DNA of 64,000 bases from Candidatus Bathyarchaeota archaeon (GTDB taxonomy: Archaea; Thermoproteota; Bathyarchaeia; RBG-16-48-13; JAGTRE01), in NCBI GenBank assembly GCA_018396415.1, contig JAGTRE010000004.1, positions 21,380-85,379 of the forward strand. The letters run 5' to 3'. The notes under the pieces are model-generated. The model saw only the letters and a list, made by a program, of their open reading frames with translations, did no database searches and had not been told where the DNA came from. Both the position numbers and the translations under genes were made by a program. Below, one piece after another: positions 7,982 through 17,168 of this stretch (position 1 is the stretch's first letter; every line of letters starts with the position of its first letter).

Positions 7982-8842
7982 TTATGCGACGGCTCCGACA
8001 AGAGCATCTTTGCAAACGCACTTGCGCTCCGGGGGAATGAGTTTAACTGCTTTACGAAAGACTTTTTGGACATTTCCAATGTTTTCGGCAAAAATTTTTG
8101 TTACTTCTTCATGTGTAATTTTAGTTGGGCCCGTTCCGGCCGCGTAATTAGTGGCCATGGCGATTGAGGCATAACACATTGTTAATTCCCGGGCGAGGAC
8201 GCATTCTGGAACGTTAGTCATTCCAACCACATCCGCACCCAATAATTTATATGCGCGTATCTCCGCTGCAGTTTCGAAACGAGGGCCATCAGTGCATACA
8301 TATGTACCAGTATTGATATAGTGAATGTTCAACTCTTCACATGCCCTTATCAGTACAGCCCTAAGTTCTGGGCAATACGGTTGAGTTACGTCGATGTGAA
8401 CCACGGTTTTGATTGGTGGCTTATCAGGCCACACCTGTATGGGTGTTTTTCCATCGTAAAACGAGTACACTCGACTCTTAGTCTCGTCAATGAATTGATC
8501 AATAATCACCAGCGTGCCTGGCTTAATAACGGGATTTATGGCACCGCAAGCTTGACTCGTCAGAATTCTTTCCACACCAAGCATTCTCAATGCGTAAACA
8601 TTTGCACGATAGTTAACCTTAGCTGGTGGAATCGCATGTTTTACCTCCGTTGAACCAGGTTCCGCATGCCTCGGAAGAAAGGCAACTCTTACTCCATTAA
8701 TCTCACCAATCTCAATTCGTGGACTCTTTCCAAATGGAGTGTCGATGAAAAGATACTTAGGATTTTCAAGGATAGCGTATAACCCTGAACCACCAATGAT
8801 GGCAACTTTTATTGGGACAACCTCTTCAAGTTCAACCTTCAA
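7982..8842 (-). CDS. mtnP: 5'-methylthioadenosine / purine nucleoside phosphorylase (MTAP family), paralog 1
   Basis: IIGGSGLY, FLPRHA, NYRANVYAL, GPRFETAAE, VGMTNVPE. Confidence 0.8.
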   Translation of the reverse strand: MKVELEEVVPIKVAIIGGSGLYAILENPKYLFIDTPFGKSPRIEIGEINGVRVAFLPRHAEPGSTEVKHAIPPAKVNYRANVYALRMLGVERILTSQACGAINPVIKPGTLVIIDQFIDETKSRVYSFYDGKTPIQVWPDKPPIKTVVHIDVTQPYCPELRAVLIRACEELNIHYINTGTYVCTDGPRFETAAEIRAYKLLGADVVGMTNVPECVLARELTMCYASIAMATNYAAGTGPTKITHEEVTKIFAENIGNVQKVFRKAVKLIPPERKCVCKDALVGAVA

Positions 8843-9027
8843 TCATAGCACCTGCTTTACTTACGAAATAAAGATTTGACTTTTATCGTTAATAAAAGAT
8901 GGCACGCTAAATAGAAGAGAAGGATGGCATTCTTTTGCTTTAAAACAACTGGTAAATATCTGGTCTTTTAAAAAGAGTATTATTCTTTACTTTACTTACC
9001 AGTCCTATACTCAGCGGAGGTAACCTC

Positions 9028-9879
9028 ATGGCAAGTGTAAGGTACAAACCGCCGGAAACAGCAGAAATAGGCTACTTTGGAGGAACGGGTAATTATGATC
9101 CCAACATCTTTGAAGATGTTAAACAAATTAAAGTATATACACCCTATGGGCAACCTAGCGACTTAGTTACAGTAGGGTGGATTAAAGGTCGAAAAGTAGC
9201 CTTTATCCCAAGGCATGGACGGCACCATACAATTCCGCCATATAAAGTAAACTACAGGGCAAACGTTTGGGCAATGAAAGCACTTGGGGTCACTCGTATC
9301 ATCTCTCCGGCAGCAGTTGGCAGTTTACAGCCAGAATTCATCAAGCCATATGAGTTCGTAGTCTGCGACCAATTCTTCGATAGAACTACCAACCGGAGAT
9401 CTTTAAGCTTCTATGAGGGCGGCGTAACTGGACACGTGCCATTCGCAGATCCCACCTGCCCAGAGCTTCGTAGAATCATTTTGGACACAGCGCGTGAAGT
9501 ACTTCCTAACATCATAGTACATCCTACGCCGAAAGAAGAAGAAATGGGAAAATCTTTCACCTATGTAACTATTGAAGGACCTAGATTTTCAACACGGGCT
9601 GAATCTCTTTTTTACAAGAGTCAAGGATGGTCTGTAGTTGGAATGACAGGTTTCACTGAAGCATGCCTATGTCGCGAAGCCGAGATCTGTTTCGCCAGCA
9701 TCGCCTTAATAACTGATACCGATGTTTACGGATTAATGCCAGTTACGGCTGAACGTGTTGCAAAGAGTATGCGCGAAAATGTAGCTAATGTAAATAAATT
9801 GCTATTCGAAGTGTTTCCGAGAATTCCTAAAGAGCGTAAATGCTCATGCTCGACTGTGCTTGATGTTTCGCTTTACTAG
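9028..9879 (+). CDS. 5'-methylthioadenosine / purine nucleoside phosphorylase (MTAP family), paralog 2
   Basis: FGGTGNY, FIPRHGRHH, NYRANVWAM, GPRFSTRAE, VGMTGFTEA. It is divergent from paralog 1. Confidence 0.8.
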   Translation: MASVRYKPPETAEIGYFGGTGNYDPNIFEDVKQIKVYTPYGQPSDLVTVGWIKGRKVAFIPRHGRHHTIPPYKVNYRANVWAMKALGVTRIISPAAVGSLQPEFIKPYEFVVCDQFFDRTTNRRSLSFYEGGVTGHVPFADPTCPELRRIILDTAREVLPNIIVHPTPKEEEMGKSFTYVTIEGPRFSTRAESLFYKSQGWSVVGMTGFTEACLCREAEICFASIALITDTDVYGLMPVTAERVAKSMRENVANVNKLLFEVFPRIPKERKCSCSTVLDVSLY

Positions 9880-10001
9880 TGCAATTTAGACTTGGTTTAG
9901 TCGAAAGTTTAAATATCCATGAAAAAAGAACGCTGGACTAGTTTAGATCTACCAGGTCTTCTTCCAACATTCTTCGTTTATTGACGAAATACTATTAGTA
10001 T

Positions 10002-10024
10002 CTTGTCGAATGACAAGGTTTTTT
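10002..10024 (+). terminator. Hairpin followed by a T-tract
   Basis: CTTGTC-GAAT-GACAAG followed by GTTTTTT, about 120 nt downstream of the MTAP paralog 2 stop. Confidence 0.3.
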
Positions 10025-10061
10025 AGTCAAAAGCAACATTCTTTTAATTGAAGGAACACTC

Positions 10062-10316
10062 ATGGTTTCAGAAATGAAGGAGGCTTATGTACAATTGAAT
10101 TCTGAGGATCTTAATTACTTACGTGAGCTTCTTGATAGTGGAGGAACCAGCGTTATCAATCCTAGAGAAAAAGATATCGCGAAAAAATTGTCAGCGCTAG
10201 ATCTGGTAACGTTAAGCACTATTGATGGCGCTTTCTTTGTAACGCCTCACTATAAAATCTTATTTAAAATTTTGCCTAACTTAGAAAAAGAAGTAGCCGT
10301 TTTAGCCTCCCATTGA
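10062..10316 (+). CDS. Hypothetical protein
   Basis: 84-aa ORF in an otherwise unassigned gap. No recognisable motifs. Confidence 0.3.
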   Translation: MVSEMKEAYVQLNSEDLNYLRELLDSGGTSVINPREKDIAKKLSALDLVTLSTIDGAFFVTPHYKILFKILPNLEKEVAVLASH

Positions 10317-10353
10317 TAAAGAATAACTTGCAAACCGCATGTGCGTTTCTTTA

Positions 10354-11625
10354 TTAAAAAGGGGCATATATTCCCCATTTCTGTAGTTTTTCTTGAACTA
10401 ATCTCTGAATTTTACTTTTTGTAAGTGTTTTGATTTGATTAGGTTTGAATGACCCTATGTCAGTGATTATTTTCGTTATTAAGTGAGCAGGTGTGATGTC
10501 AAATGCCGGATTAAAAATGGAAGCTTCACCTTTGCCAGGCAGTTTTCCGTGAATAAGAATATTTTTCGGGGGCCATTCAATTAAACTTCTTTTTGATAAA
10601 ACACCTTGCCTTCGCATCTCTAAGGCTTCCAGATGATAGGGATACGTAACTTCCTCGATGTTCCTCTCCTCAATTTGAATCTCTGCACTTGTTTTCGCGC
10701 ATAAGTCTATAGTCGAGTATGATGTAGCATAGTAAAATGGAAGCCCATAGTCCTTCATGACGCGTGCTAAGTCTGCCGATCCGACTTTATTAAAGACATC
10801 TCCATTTTTAGTCACTCTGTCCACACCTAGTATAGCTTTAGTTATACCAAATCTTTCGATTGATATAGAAATCATATTGTCGGTGATAATTATAACTGGC
10901 ACGCCTGCCCGGTTTAACTCCCAGACGGTGAGTTTATAGCCTTGACTTCGTGGCCTAGTTTCCTTAGCTATGACCGTCAAATCTAAGCCTTCTACATACG
11001 CTTCCTCAATCAAACCGAGGGCATGACCGCCATAAGTGCTACTAAGTGAGCCACCGTTACAATGAGTGATTATACGATCTCCTGTCTGGAGATATTTTTT
11101 CCCCTCTTGTCGTAAGAACCAATTTAGAATAAGATCTGACACCAACACATGGTCAGCTACGTTTTTAGTTGCAAGCACAGCTGCATCGACATCTTTTGTG
11201 TCATCATAGGCTTTTTTCGCAGCGTCTAATGCGATACCCACGGCCCAAGGGAGAGGGGCAGCCGTAGGTCTAGTACTTCTGATGATTTTTGCACAATTTT
11301 CGAGTTTTGAGATGAAATTCGCCTTTTTGGCGGCGCATTCCTTGGCAGCCAATACCATACAATAAGCCCCAGCCGCTCCAATTGCTTGAGATCCACGAAT
11401 GATCATTCCTTTAATTCCAAAATTAGCAGCTACTCTCCAATTATTTGTCTTCCAAGTGGTTATTTCGTAAGGCAGTTTTGTTTGATCTAAATAAATCAGC
11501 TCATTTTTATTTTCGTCATAGAAAATTGTAATCGGAATCATCGTCTTCTTATGAACATAAATGCCAATTTCACTGTCAAATTCTAATCCAATTTTTCTAA
11601 GAACATTTTCTACGTTTGCACTCAT
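10354..11625 (-). CDS. mtnA: Methylthioribose-1-phosphate isomerase-like protein (eIF-2B alpha/beta/delta family)
   Basis: LDQTKLPYE, RGSQAIGAAGAY, ITHCNGGSL (catalytic Cys context), ETRPRSQGYKLT, GVDRVTKNGDVFNKVGS. It has about 35 extra N-terminal residues relative to typical MtnA. Confidence 0.75.
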   Translation of the reverse strand: MSANVENVLRKIGLEFDSEIGIYVHKKTMIPITIFYDENKNELIYLDQTKLPYEITTWKTNNWRVAANFGIKGMIIRGSQAIGAAGAYCMVLAAKECAAKKANFISKLENCAKIIRSTRPTAAPLPWAVGIALDAAKKAYDDTKDVDAAVLATKNVADHVLVSDLILNWFLRQEGKKYLQTGDRIITHCNGGSLSSTYGGHALGLIEEAYVEGLDLTVIAKETRPRSQGYKLTVWELNRAGVPVIIITDNMISISIERFGITKAILGVDRVTKNGDVFNKVGSADLARVMKDYGLPFYYATSYSTIDLCAKTSAEIQIEERNIEEVTYPYHLEALEMRRQGVLSKRSLIEWPPKNILIHGKLPGKGEASIFNPAFDITPAHLITKIITDIGSFKPNQIKTLTKSKIQRLVQEKLQKWGIYAPF

Positions 11626-11721
11626 AATTAAAGTCCCTCATCAAGTCTTCACTATAAAATAACAACTTTAACGTTAAAGAATCACGCACAGATTAATAAT
11701 AATTATAGAGTAGAAAATCAT

Positions 11722-11823
11722 TGGCGCCGGGGGAGGGATTTGAACCCCCGAGGCCCAAAGGGCCACTGGATCTCGAGTCTGTCCAAATAGGGGTCCAGCG
11801 CATTTCCACTCTGCCACCCCGGC
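11722..11823 (-). tRNA. tRNA-Ser (anticodon CGA), class II, with a roughly 16-nt intron at a non-canonical position (31/32 or 32/33)
   Basis: Manual fold: acceptor GCCGGGG/CCCCGGC, anticodon stem CTGGA/TCCAG enclosing 23 nt. Only the 3' 7 nt (CTCGAGA) form a valid loop. Long variable arm GTGGCCCTTTGGGCCTC, T-arm GGGGG-TTCAAAT-CCCTC, G73, encoded CCA. Confidence 0.8.
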
Positions 11824-12039
11824 TCTCAAATCCATAGTAAAGAACCTCGGCTAAATCTATTTCCTATTAATCATCAATAAAACCTCAGCCTTTTGAAAGT
11901 TCATCTTATGAGGCTCTCAATATTGATTTAACCATCTTAAACTTCATGGTTGAAGACCTAACTGTATTTATAAGTCAGCTAGACTAAGAGCGAAACATTT
12001 GACTCCTGAAAACGAGCTAATCGTAGTAGAGGTCTGCTT

Positions 12040-12750
12040 ATGGATCCGCAACTAAAGCAAATAATCGACATGATTCAAAATTCCAGCCTGCGAAAAAAGG
12101 TCGAGGATATGATAAACAACCCAAGCATAAAAATCAAAGGCTTTCGCAAAATAGGCCTCCCACTCGATAAAAGTCCAGCAGGCAAATCAAAACATCATAG
12201 TTACGATAAAGGTCTCATCGATCACATGGTTGCCACAACGCATACAGCCATAGCTTTGTGCGACGTTGTGGAGAAAGTCTACCATTGCAAGGTTAATCGC
12301 GACTTAGTAATCAGCGGGATCCTTCTTCACGATTTAATGAAACCACTAACCTATACAAAACAGGACAATGGTACGTACGGTATCTCCCCGCTCGGTGAGA
12401 AACTAGACCATTTATCGCTAGTCGTTGCAGAGGGATACCGTAGGAAATTGCCCATCGAACTTTTGCATATAATTTGTGCACACCATGGAAGAGCCGGGCC
12501 CATCAGTCCGCATACAATTGAGGCTTTAATCTGCCATGTTGCTGATGTTGCCGATGCGACTCTCAATGGCGAAGTATTTAATGCGGCACGCTGGCTTGTA
12601 AGGGATTGCGTTGGAGAAGATATCACTACGGTAACCGCAGAGGAAGCATATACGATTGTTCAAGCTAAACAAACACAGGGCTGTGAAGGTGTAAGAGAAG
12701 CGTTTAAAAAGATTAAGAAAAAGCATAGTGGCGGGTTTAAGAGTTATTAG
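12040..12750 (+). CDS. HD-domain phosphohydrolase (YhaM-like HD family)
   Basis: KHHSYDKGLIDH, LLHDLMKP, CAHHG. Confidence 0.6.
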   Translation: MDPQLKQIIDMIQNSSLRKKVEDMINNPSIKIKGFRKIGLPLDKSPAGKSKHHSYDKGLIDHMVATTHTAIALCDVVEKVYHCKVNRDLVISGILLHDLMKPLTYTKQDNGTYGISPLGEKLDHLSLVVAEGYRRKLPIELLHIICAHHGRAGPISPHTIEALICHVADVADATLNGEVFNAARWLVRDCVGEDITTVTAEEAYTIVQAKQTQGCEGVREAFKKIKKKHSGGFKSY

Positions 12751-12946
12751 AATAGAATTGGCTGTCATCAATTTCAACCATAGCTTGACTCCTAACCGTT
12801 GAAATTATTTCGACTAAAGGCTAATGTAACTTGTTAAACGGTTGGCGCTTAATCGTTGGGGCTGAATTGCTCATAAAGATGAATCACTAGTGATATTTAT
12901 TGGAAAATTCTATATATTCGTTTTCTGATAACTAAAAAGTCGTACT

Positions 12947-12972
12947 ATCTAATTGTAAAATCTAATTGTAAA
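12947..12972 (+). repeat. Perfect tandem 13-mer (ATCTAATTGTAAA x2) just upstream of the RBS of the AmiS/UreI-like gene
   Basis: 12947..12959 and 12960..12972 are identical. GGAAAAGGAGG and the ATG at 12996 follow. Confidence 0.9.
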
Positions 12973-12995
12973 GCGGAAAAGGAGGAAAAGGATAA

Positions 12996-13553
12996 ATGGA
13001 AATCTATAACATGCTAGTGCCAATTGCATGCGTCATGTGGTTCTGTGGCTTTTCTTGCTTCGTTGGCGGCTGGTTGCTTCTAGGAAAGGCTGACGGTAAA
13101 GGCGCTGGTTTCGCAGTTGCGTTGGGTGGAATACTTGCAACAGTCACTGTTCTCATTAGTATGCACGCATACGCACCAACTAATTCAGTGTTAGCGGTAG
13201 GACCGGTTGGCGTGCCAGCCACTGCTGCGTTGTTCCTTATCTGCCCTGTAATCTATGGTATGATCCTAACCTCTTTTGGCTTCCATGCACACTTTGGATG
13301 GGATCTCCGAAGCCAGGGTTGGGCAGCCACTTACATGGGGATAACTGCGCTATTTTATCAATGGTACTTTGCAGCAAGCGCTTTCTGGGCAGTGATGAAC
13401 TTCACATGGGTTGTCGCATTGTTTGCTACGGCGGCAGCTTGCTTAACGAAATGGCCTGTAGGAAAGTTCCTTGGTTATTGGCTGTGGCTTGTGTGCGGGC
13501 TATTTAGCTTGCTCTACGCCAGCTTAGCGGTTGGAATGGGTGCACTCTGGTAA
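12996..13553 (+). CDS. AmiS/UreI-family putative urea/short-amide channel
   Basis: About six hydrophobic helices in 185 aa. GGWLLLGKADGK resembles the AmiS/UreI ..WLLGK.. motif, and FGWDLRSQGWA and KWPVGKF resemble H. pylori UreI FGLDWRPYSW and KIPLGKF. All comparisons are from memory. Confidence 0.55.
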   Translation: MEIYNMLVPIACVMWFCGFSCFVGGWLLLGKADGKGAGFAVALGGILATVTVLISMHAYAPTNSVLAVGPVGVPATAALFLICPVIYGMILTSFGFHAHFGWDLRSQGWAATYMGITALFYQWYFAASAFWAVMNFTWVVALFATAAACLTKWPVGKFLGYWLWLVCGLFSLLYASLAVGMGALW

Positions 13554-13636
13554 ATCTAAATAATTTCCTCCATTTATTTTTTGTAAGTTACCTATATCTA
13601 GTTAGAAAACCAATTTTCATATAATAGATGGCTTTT

Positions 13637-14050
13637 CTATGGCGCTGACACGGTTTTCATATGTGCACGTATAATTTCTGTAATTTCTTCTGCCTCTTTT
13701 TTTGGTTGTATAAAGAATATCCTTTTTTTGGTTGACCCTGCGGCGAAATCAACGTATCCTCCAAGGAAATCCTTACCGGACTCGATCGAAGTTATTTGAT
13801 CGTATGGAAATTCCTCAAATTCAAATTCGCCAACCATTTTTGGTATGTAAAACAACACTCGCTTATTGGTAGCGGCAAATATGCCAAGAGGCATGGTTTC
13901 TCTTTTTCCAAGAGTTTTTTCCTTTATTCTGCCAGATGAAATCATGTACAATATTTCTTCGCCAGGTTTCAAAACTTCTTGCACGAGCCAATCATGTTTT
14001 CTTGTAAGTAAATATTTAAAGAATTTCCAATTTATCTTCAGCACGGGCAC
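13637..14050 (-). CDS. Bacterial-type PH (bPH/YokE-like) domain protein
   Basis: GEEILYMISS..FAATNKRVLFY..FEEFPYDQITSIE.. pattern. Confidence 0.45.
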   Translation of the reverse strand: MPVLKINWKFFKYLLTRKHDWLVQEVLKPGEEILYMISSGRIKEKTLGKRETMPLGIFAATNKRVLFYIPKMVGEFEFEEFPYDQITSIESGKDFLGGYVDFAAGSTKKRIFFIQPKKEAEEITEIIRAHMKTVSAP

Positions 14051-14200
14051 TCCTCCTAGTTCATGTCTTGTTACGGTTATTTTTATCTAATAACGTTACG
14101 TGCGCTAGTGTTTAGTTTGGGTGGTTTTTGCTTAATATAAATTGATGCTGGTCATTCAGTTCCCTGCAGAAATCGCTAGAATATAGCTCAAGACGAGCTC

Positions 14201-14863
14201 TCAATCGAGTTTTGGTCTTGGTCTTTCCTTTGACTTAATTTTGGCAAATACTTCTTTCTCCTTCTGTAATCTCTGATATTCGGGTATCATACTTTGATAC
14301 CATACAGTTACTGGCAACAACGATAGTTTAGAGAAAACTTTTCCCATGTGTTTTCCTTTACGATAGGCAAGTCCAAAAGATAAACCAATCGCAATTAAGG
14401 ATAAAACTGCAAATACATCGTAGAATACTGGGACTCGCCCAGCAAAATTAAAGAAATATGGTAACACTACTAATATAGTTCCTCCTATTAAAAGCCCGAA
14501 TATCTTGGCTAAATATTTTTTATCAAGACAGTAATATGCTAAATTTTTTATTCCATCCCTCGCGATCTTAGCGAGGTCTTCTACTGGCTCCCACTGTGTT
14601 TCCTCTTTTATAACAAACTGAACCTCTTCAACTTCTGCTCCTCTACGCTGAATACGATTATACTCATTGTATAGGTCTTCTCCAATATCTCCGCTATAGA
14701 GTTTCCGTCCATGATATCTCGTATCCCACGGTCGCCAAGGTTTTAAAATTAATTGTCCTGTTTCTCGATCTTCTTCAAAAATTTCATAGAGTTTACGGCG
14801 AATAATAGTCAACTTTTGTTTCCTCTTTTCGCCTTCTATCTCTTTCATCGTATGCTCATCCAA
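14201..14863 (-). CDS. Hypothetical membrane protein (soluble N-terminal domain plus 2-3 TM helices)
   Basis: Hydrophobic stretches IFGLLIGGTILVVLPYFF and VFAVLSLIAIGLSFGLA. No family recognised. Confidence 0.4.
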   Translation of the reverse strand: MDEHTMKEIEGEKRKQKLTIIRRKLYEIFEEDRETGQLILKPWRPWDTRYHGRKLYSGDIGEDLYNEYNRIQRRGAEVEEVQFVIKEETQWEPVEDLAKIARDGIKNLAYYCLDKKYLAKIFGLLIGGTILVVLPYFFNFAGRVPVFYDVFAVLSLIAIGLSFGLAYRKGKHMGKVFSKLSLLPVTVWYQSMIPEYQRLQKEKEVFAKIKSKERPRPKLD

Positions 14864-15042
14864 CTTTAAGCCCAGTTCCTATTTTTCTCTAACCTCATTC
14901 TTATTCATGTCGTTTCCTAAAATTAGTAACGATAGAAATTCCCAAACCATTTTCGGCACATCGTATTTTATAGTATTATAGAAAAAACAGCAGAATGTCT
15001 ACTTCTTGAAAACATCATTATTAAAATCGGCGTAAAAGGTCA

Positions 15043-15151
15043 TGGTGCGGGGGGAGGGATTTGAACCCCCGAAGCCCTACGGCAGCAGATTTCTCCACTT
15101 TTTAAAGATTTCTTGAGTCTGCCCCCTTAGACCTGACTTGGGTACCCCCGC
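15043..15151 (-). tRNA. tRNA-Leu (anticodon CAA) with a roughly 21-nt intron at canonical 37/38
   Basis: Manual fold: acceptor GCGGGGG/CCCCCGC, anticodon stem GCAGA/TCTGC, loop CTCAAG[intron]A, long variable arm, T-arm GGGGG-TTCAAAT-CCCTC, A73, encoded CCA. Confidence 0.85.
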
Positions 15152-15255
15152 TTTGAGTGATACACTGCCAACTGTTTTTTAATCATTTTAACATTTCTTT
15201 AAACATGTGGTAGTCAGTGGTGTTTTTAAATAAAAACTTTCCAACAGCCTTAAAT

Positions 15256-15705
15256 TTACTCTTTTTCTGAAACCCAATAAGAGGAGCCGTCAGCAAGTAT
15301 TTCTTTCTTCCACACAGGTAACTCTTTTTTATAACGTTCGACGGCTTCAGTTAACGCGGGGAATACGTCTTTCCGCGAGCGACCTGCAATGATGACATAT
15401 ACAAGCTCATCGCTGACGTTAAATGAGCCGGTAAAATGATAAATGCGGGCGTCCACTATACCCGCTCGAGTTAATAAATTCCCACAAATTCTTGCGATAA
15501 CTTCGTTAGCTTTTTCCTTGTAGGCTTCTACTTCTAATTTAGAAACTTCTTTACCTTCGTAAGTACGCCCGCGCACTATACCAATGAATGAGGCGATTGC
15601 CCCAGCTTCTTGGAGCCGAGGGTTCTCACGTAAAGACTCTAGTATTTGTGAGAACGTGATTTCTCCCTTCTCGTAAACACCGCCATAATCCGCCATGTTG
15701 TTCAC
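15256..15705 (-). CDS. moaE: Molybdopterin synthase catalytic subunit MoaE
   Basis: GAIASFIGIVRG, IIAGRSRKDVFPA, ELPVWKKE. Confidence 0.75.
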   Translation of the reverse strand: MNNMADYGGVYEKGEITFSQILESLRENPRLQEAGAIASFIGIVRGRTYEGKEVSKLEVEAYKEKANEVIARICGNLLTRAGIVDARIYHFTGSFNVSDELVYVIIAGRSRKDVFPALTEAVERYKKELPVWKKEILADGSSYWVSEKE

Positions 15706-15822
15706 CGTTAACTTCTTAATCAGCTGGAACTGATTACTCTTGCGCGAGTTAAGGAGGAAAACAGTCCTTTGACTAGGTCCTCCGGATCTTCCCCTAACTT
15801 AAAGAGTGTTAAGGAGGTCAGA

Positions 15823-16023
15823 TTGATCAGAGATCGGTGTAAAGGATGTGGGTTTTGCATTTGGATCTGTCCTAAACAAGTTCTTAGCTTCTCAGACAAG
15901 TTAAATGTCCGCGGTGTCTTTCCTGCGATGATAAAAGATGATGTTGCATGTGTTGGTTGTGGATTGTGTGAGCTGATCTGTCCGGATTTTGCGATTTTTC
16001 TGGAGCGGAGAAGGAAAATATGA
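15823..16023 (+). CDS. korD: 2-oxoacid:ferredoxin oxidoreductase delta subunit (2x[4Fe-4S] ferredoxin)
   Basis: CKGCGFCIWICP and CVGCGLCELICP. The track ORF starts at 15769. I prefer TTG at 15823, which sits 6 nt after AAGGAGG. Confidence 0.75.
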   Translation: MIRDRCKGCGFCIWICPKQVLSFSDKLNVRGVFPAMIKDDVACVGCGLCELICPDFAIFLERRRKI

Positions 16024-17168
16024 GAAGAGACGTGTTGTCAGGTATATATTTTGTCCAAGGGAACATTGCCTGCGCTGAAGGTGCTGTTGCTGCGGGCTGC
16101 CGGTTTTTTGCTGGTTATCCGATAACCCCGGCTACAGAAATTTGTGAGCATATGGCAGTAAGACTTCCAGAAGTTGATGGTGTATTTATCCAGATGGAAG
16201 ACGAGATAGCATCACTTGCTGCGGTGCTCGGAGCATCTTATTCTGGGGTTAAAGCTATGACCGCGACCTCTGGTCCCGGTTTCAGTTTGATGATGGAAAA
16301 TCTTGGCTTAGCTGTAATGACTGAAACTCCATGTGTTCTTGTAAATGTTATGCGTGGCGGACCAAGTACTGGGCAGCCGACTAAAACTGGGCAACAAGAT
16401 GTAATGCAGGCGAGATGGGGTTCTCACGGTGACTATGAGCTGATTGTTCTCGCTCCGGCTTCTGTTCAGGAAATGTTTGATTTCACGGTTGAAGCCTTCA
16501 ACCTTTCTGAAGAGTATAGGACACCTGTCATCATTCTTGCCGATGAGATCGTTGCTCATATTCGAGAGAAATTAATTATTCCTGAACCGAATTCGATCAA
16601 AAAAATTGAGCGTAAAAAGCCAAAAATCTCACCTAACGACTACTTACCATTCAAACCTGATGAGAGCCTTATTCCACCTATGGCTTGCTTTGGAGAAGGA
16701 TACCATATCTATGCTACTGGTTTAACACATGATGAGCGAGGTATGCCAGATATGAGTGCTGAGGCTCATCAATATTTGGTTAGACGGCTATGCGATAAAA
16801 TTCGAAATAATGCGGACAAAATTGTAAAGACGCAAGAATTTTTGACTGATGACGCCGAGATCGCGATTATCACATATGGAACCACAACCAGATCTGCTCT
16901 CAGCGCTGCTAAAAAAGCTCGAAAAGAGGGTATTAAGGTTGGGATTCAGAGATTAATCACAATTTGGCCTCTTCCTGAAAGGGCGATTTCTAAATTAGCC
17001 GAAAAGGTTGAAGTTATCATTGTTCCTGAAATGAACTACGGGCAGCTTGTTAGGGAAATTGAACGAGTAGCAAAAACAACGCCTGTAATACATCTTCCGA
17101 AACTTGGTGAAGAACTTCATCGTCCAACTGAGATTTTGGAAGCGATTAGGAGGAATCTTTGTGGTTGA
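16020..17168 (+). CDS. korA: 2-oxoacid:ferredoxin oxidoreductase alpha subunit
   Basis: GNIACAEGAVAAGCRFFAGYPITPATE and TATSGPGFSLM. ATGA overlap with the delta subunit. Confidence 0.85.
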   Translation: MRRDVLSGIYFVQGNIACAEGAVAAGCRFFAGYPITPATEICEHMAVRLPEVDGVFIQMEDEIASLAAVLGASYSGVKAMTATSGPGFSLMMENLGLAVMTETPCVLVNVMRGGPSTGQPTKTGQQDVMQARWGSHGDYELIVLAPASVQEMFDFTVEAFNLSEEYRTPVIILADEIVAHIREKLIIPEPNSIKKIERKKPKISPNDYLPFKPDESLIPPMACFGEGYHIYATGLTHDERGMPDMSAEAHQYLVRRLCDKIRNNADKIVKTQEFLTDDAEIAIITYGTTTRSALSAAKKARKEGIKVGIQRLITIWPLPERAISKLAEKVEVIIVPEMNYGQLVREIERVAKTTPVIHLPKLGEELHRPTEILEAIRRNLCG

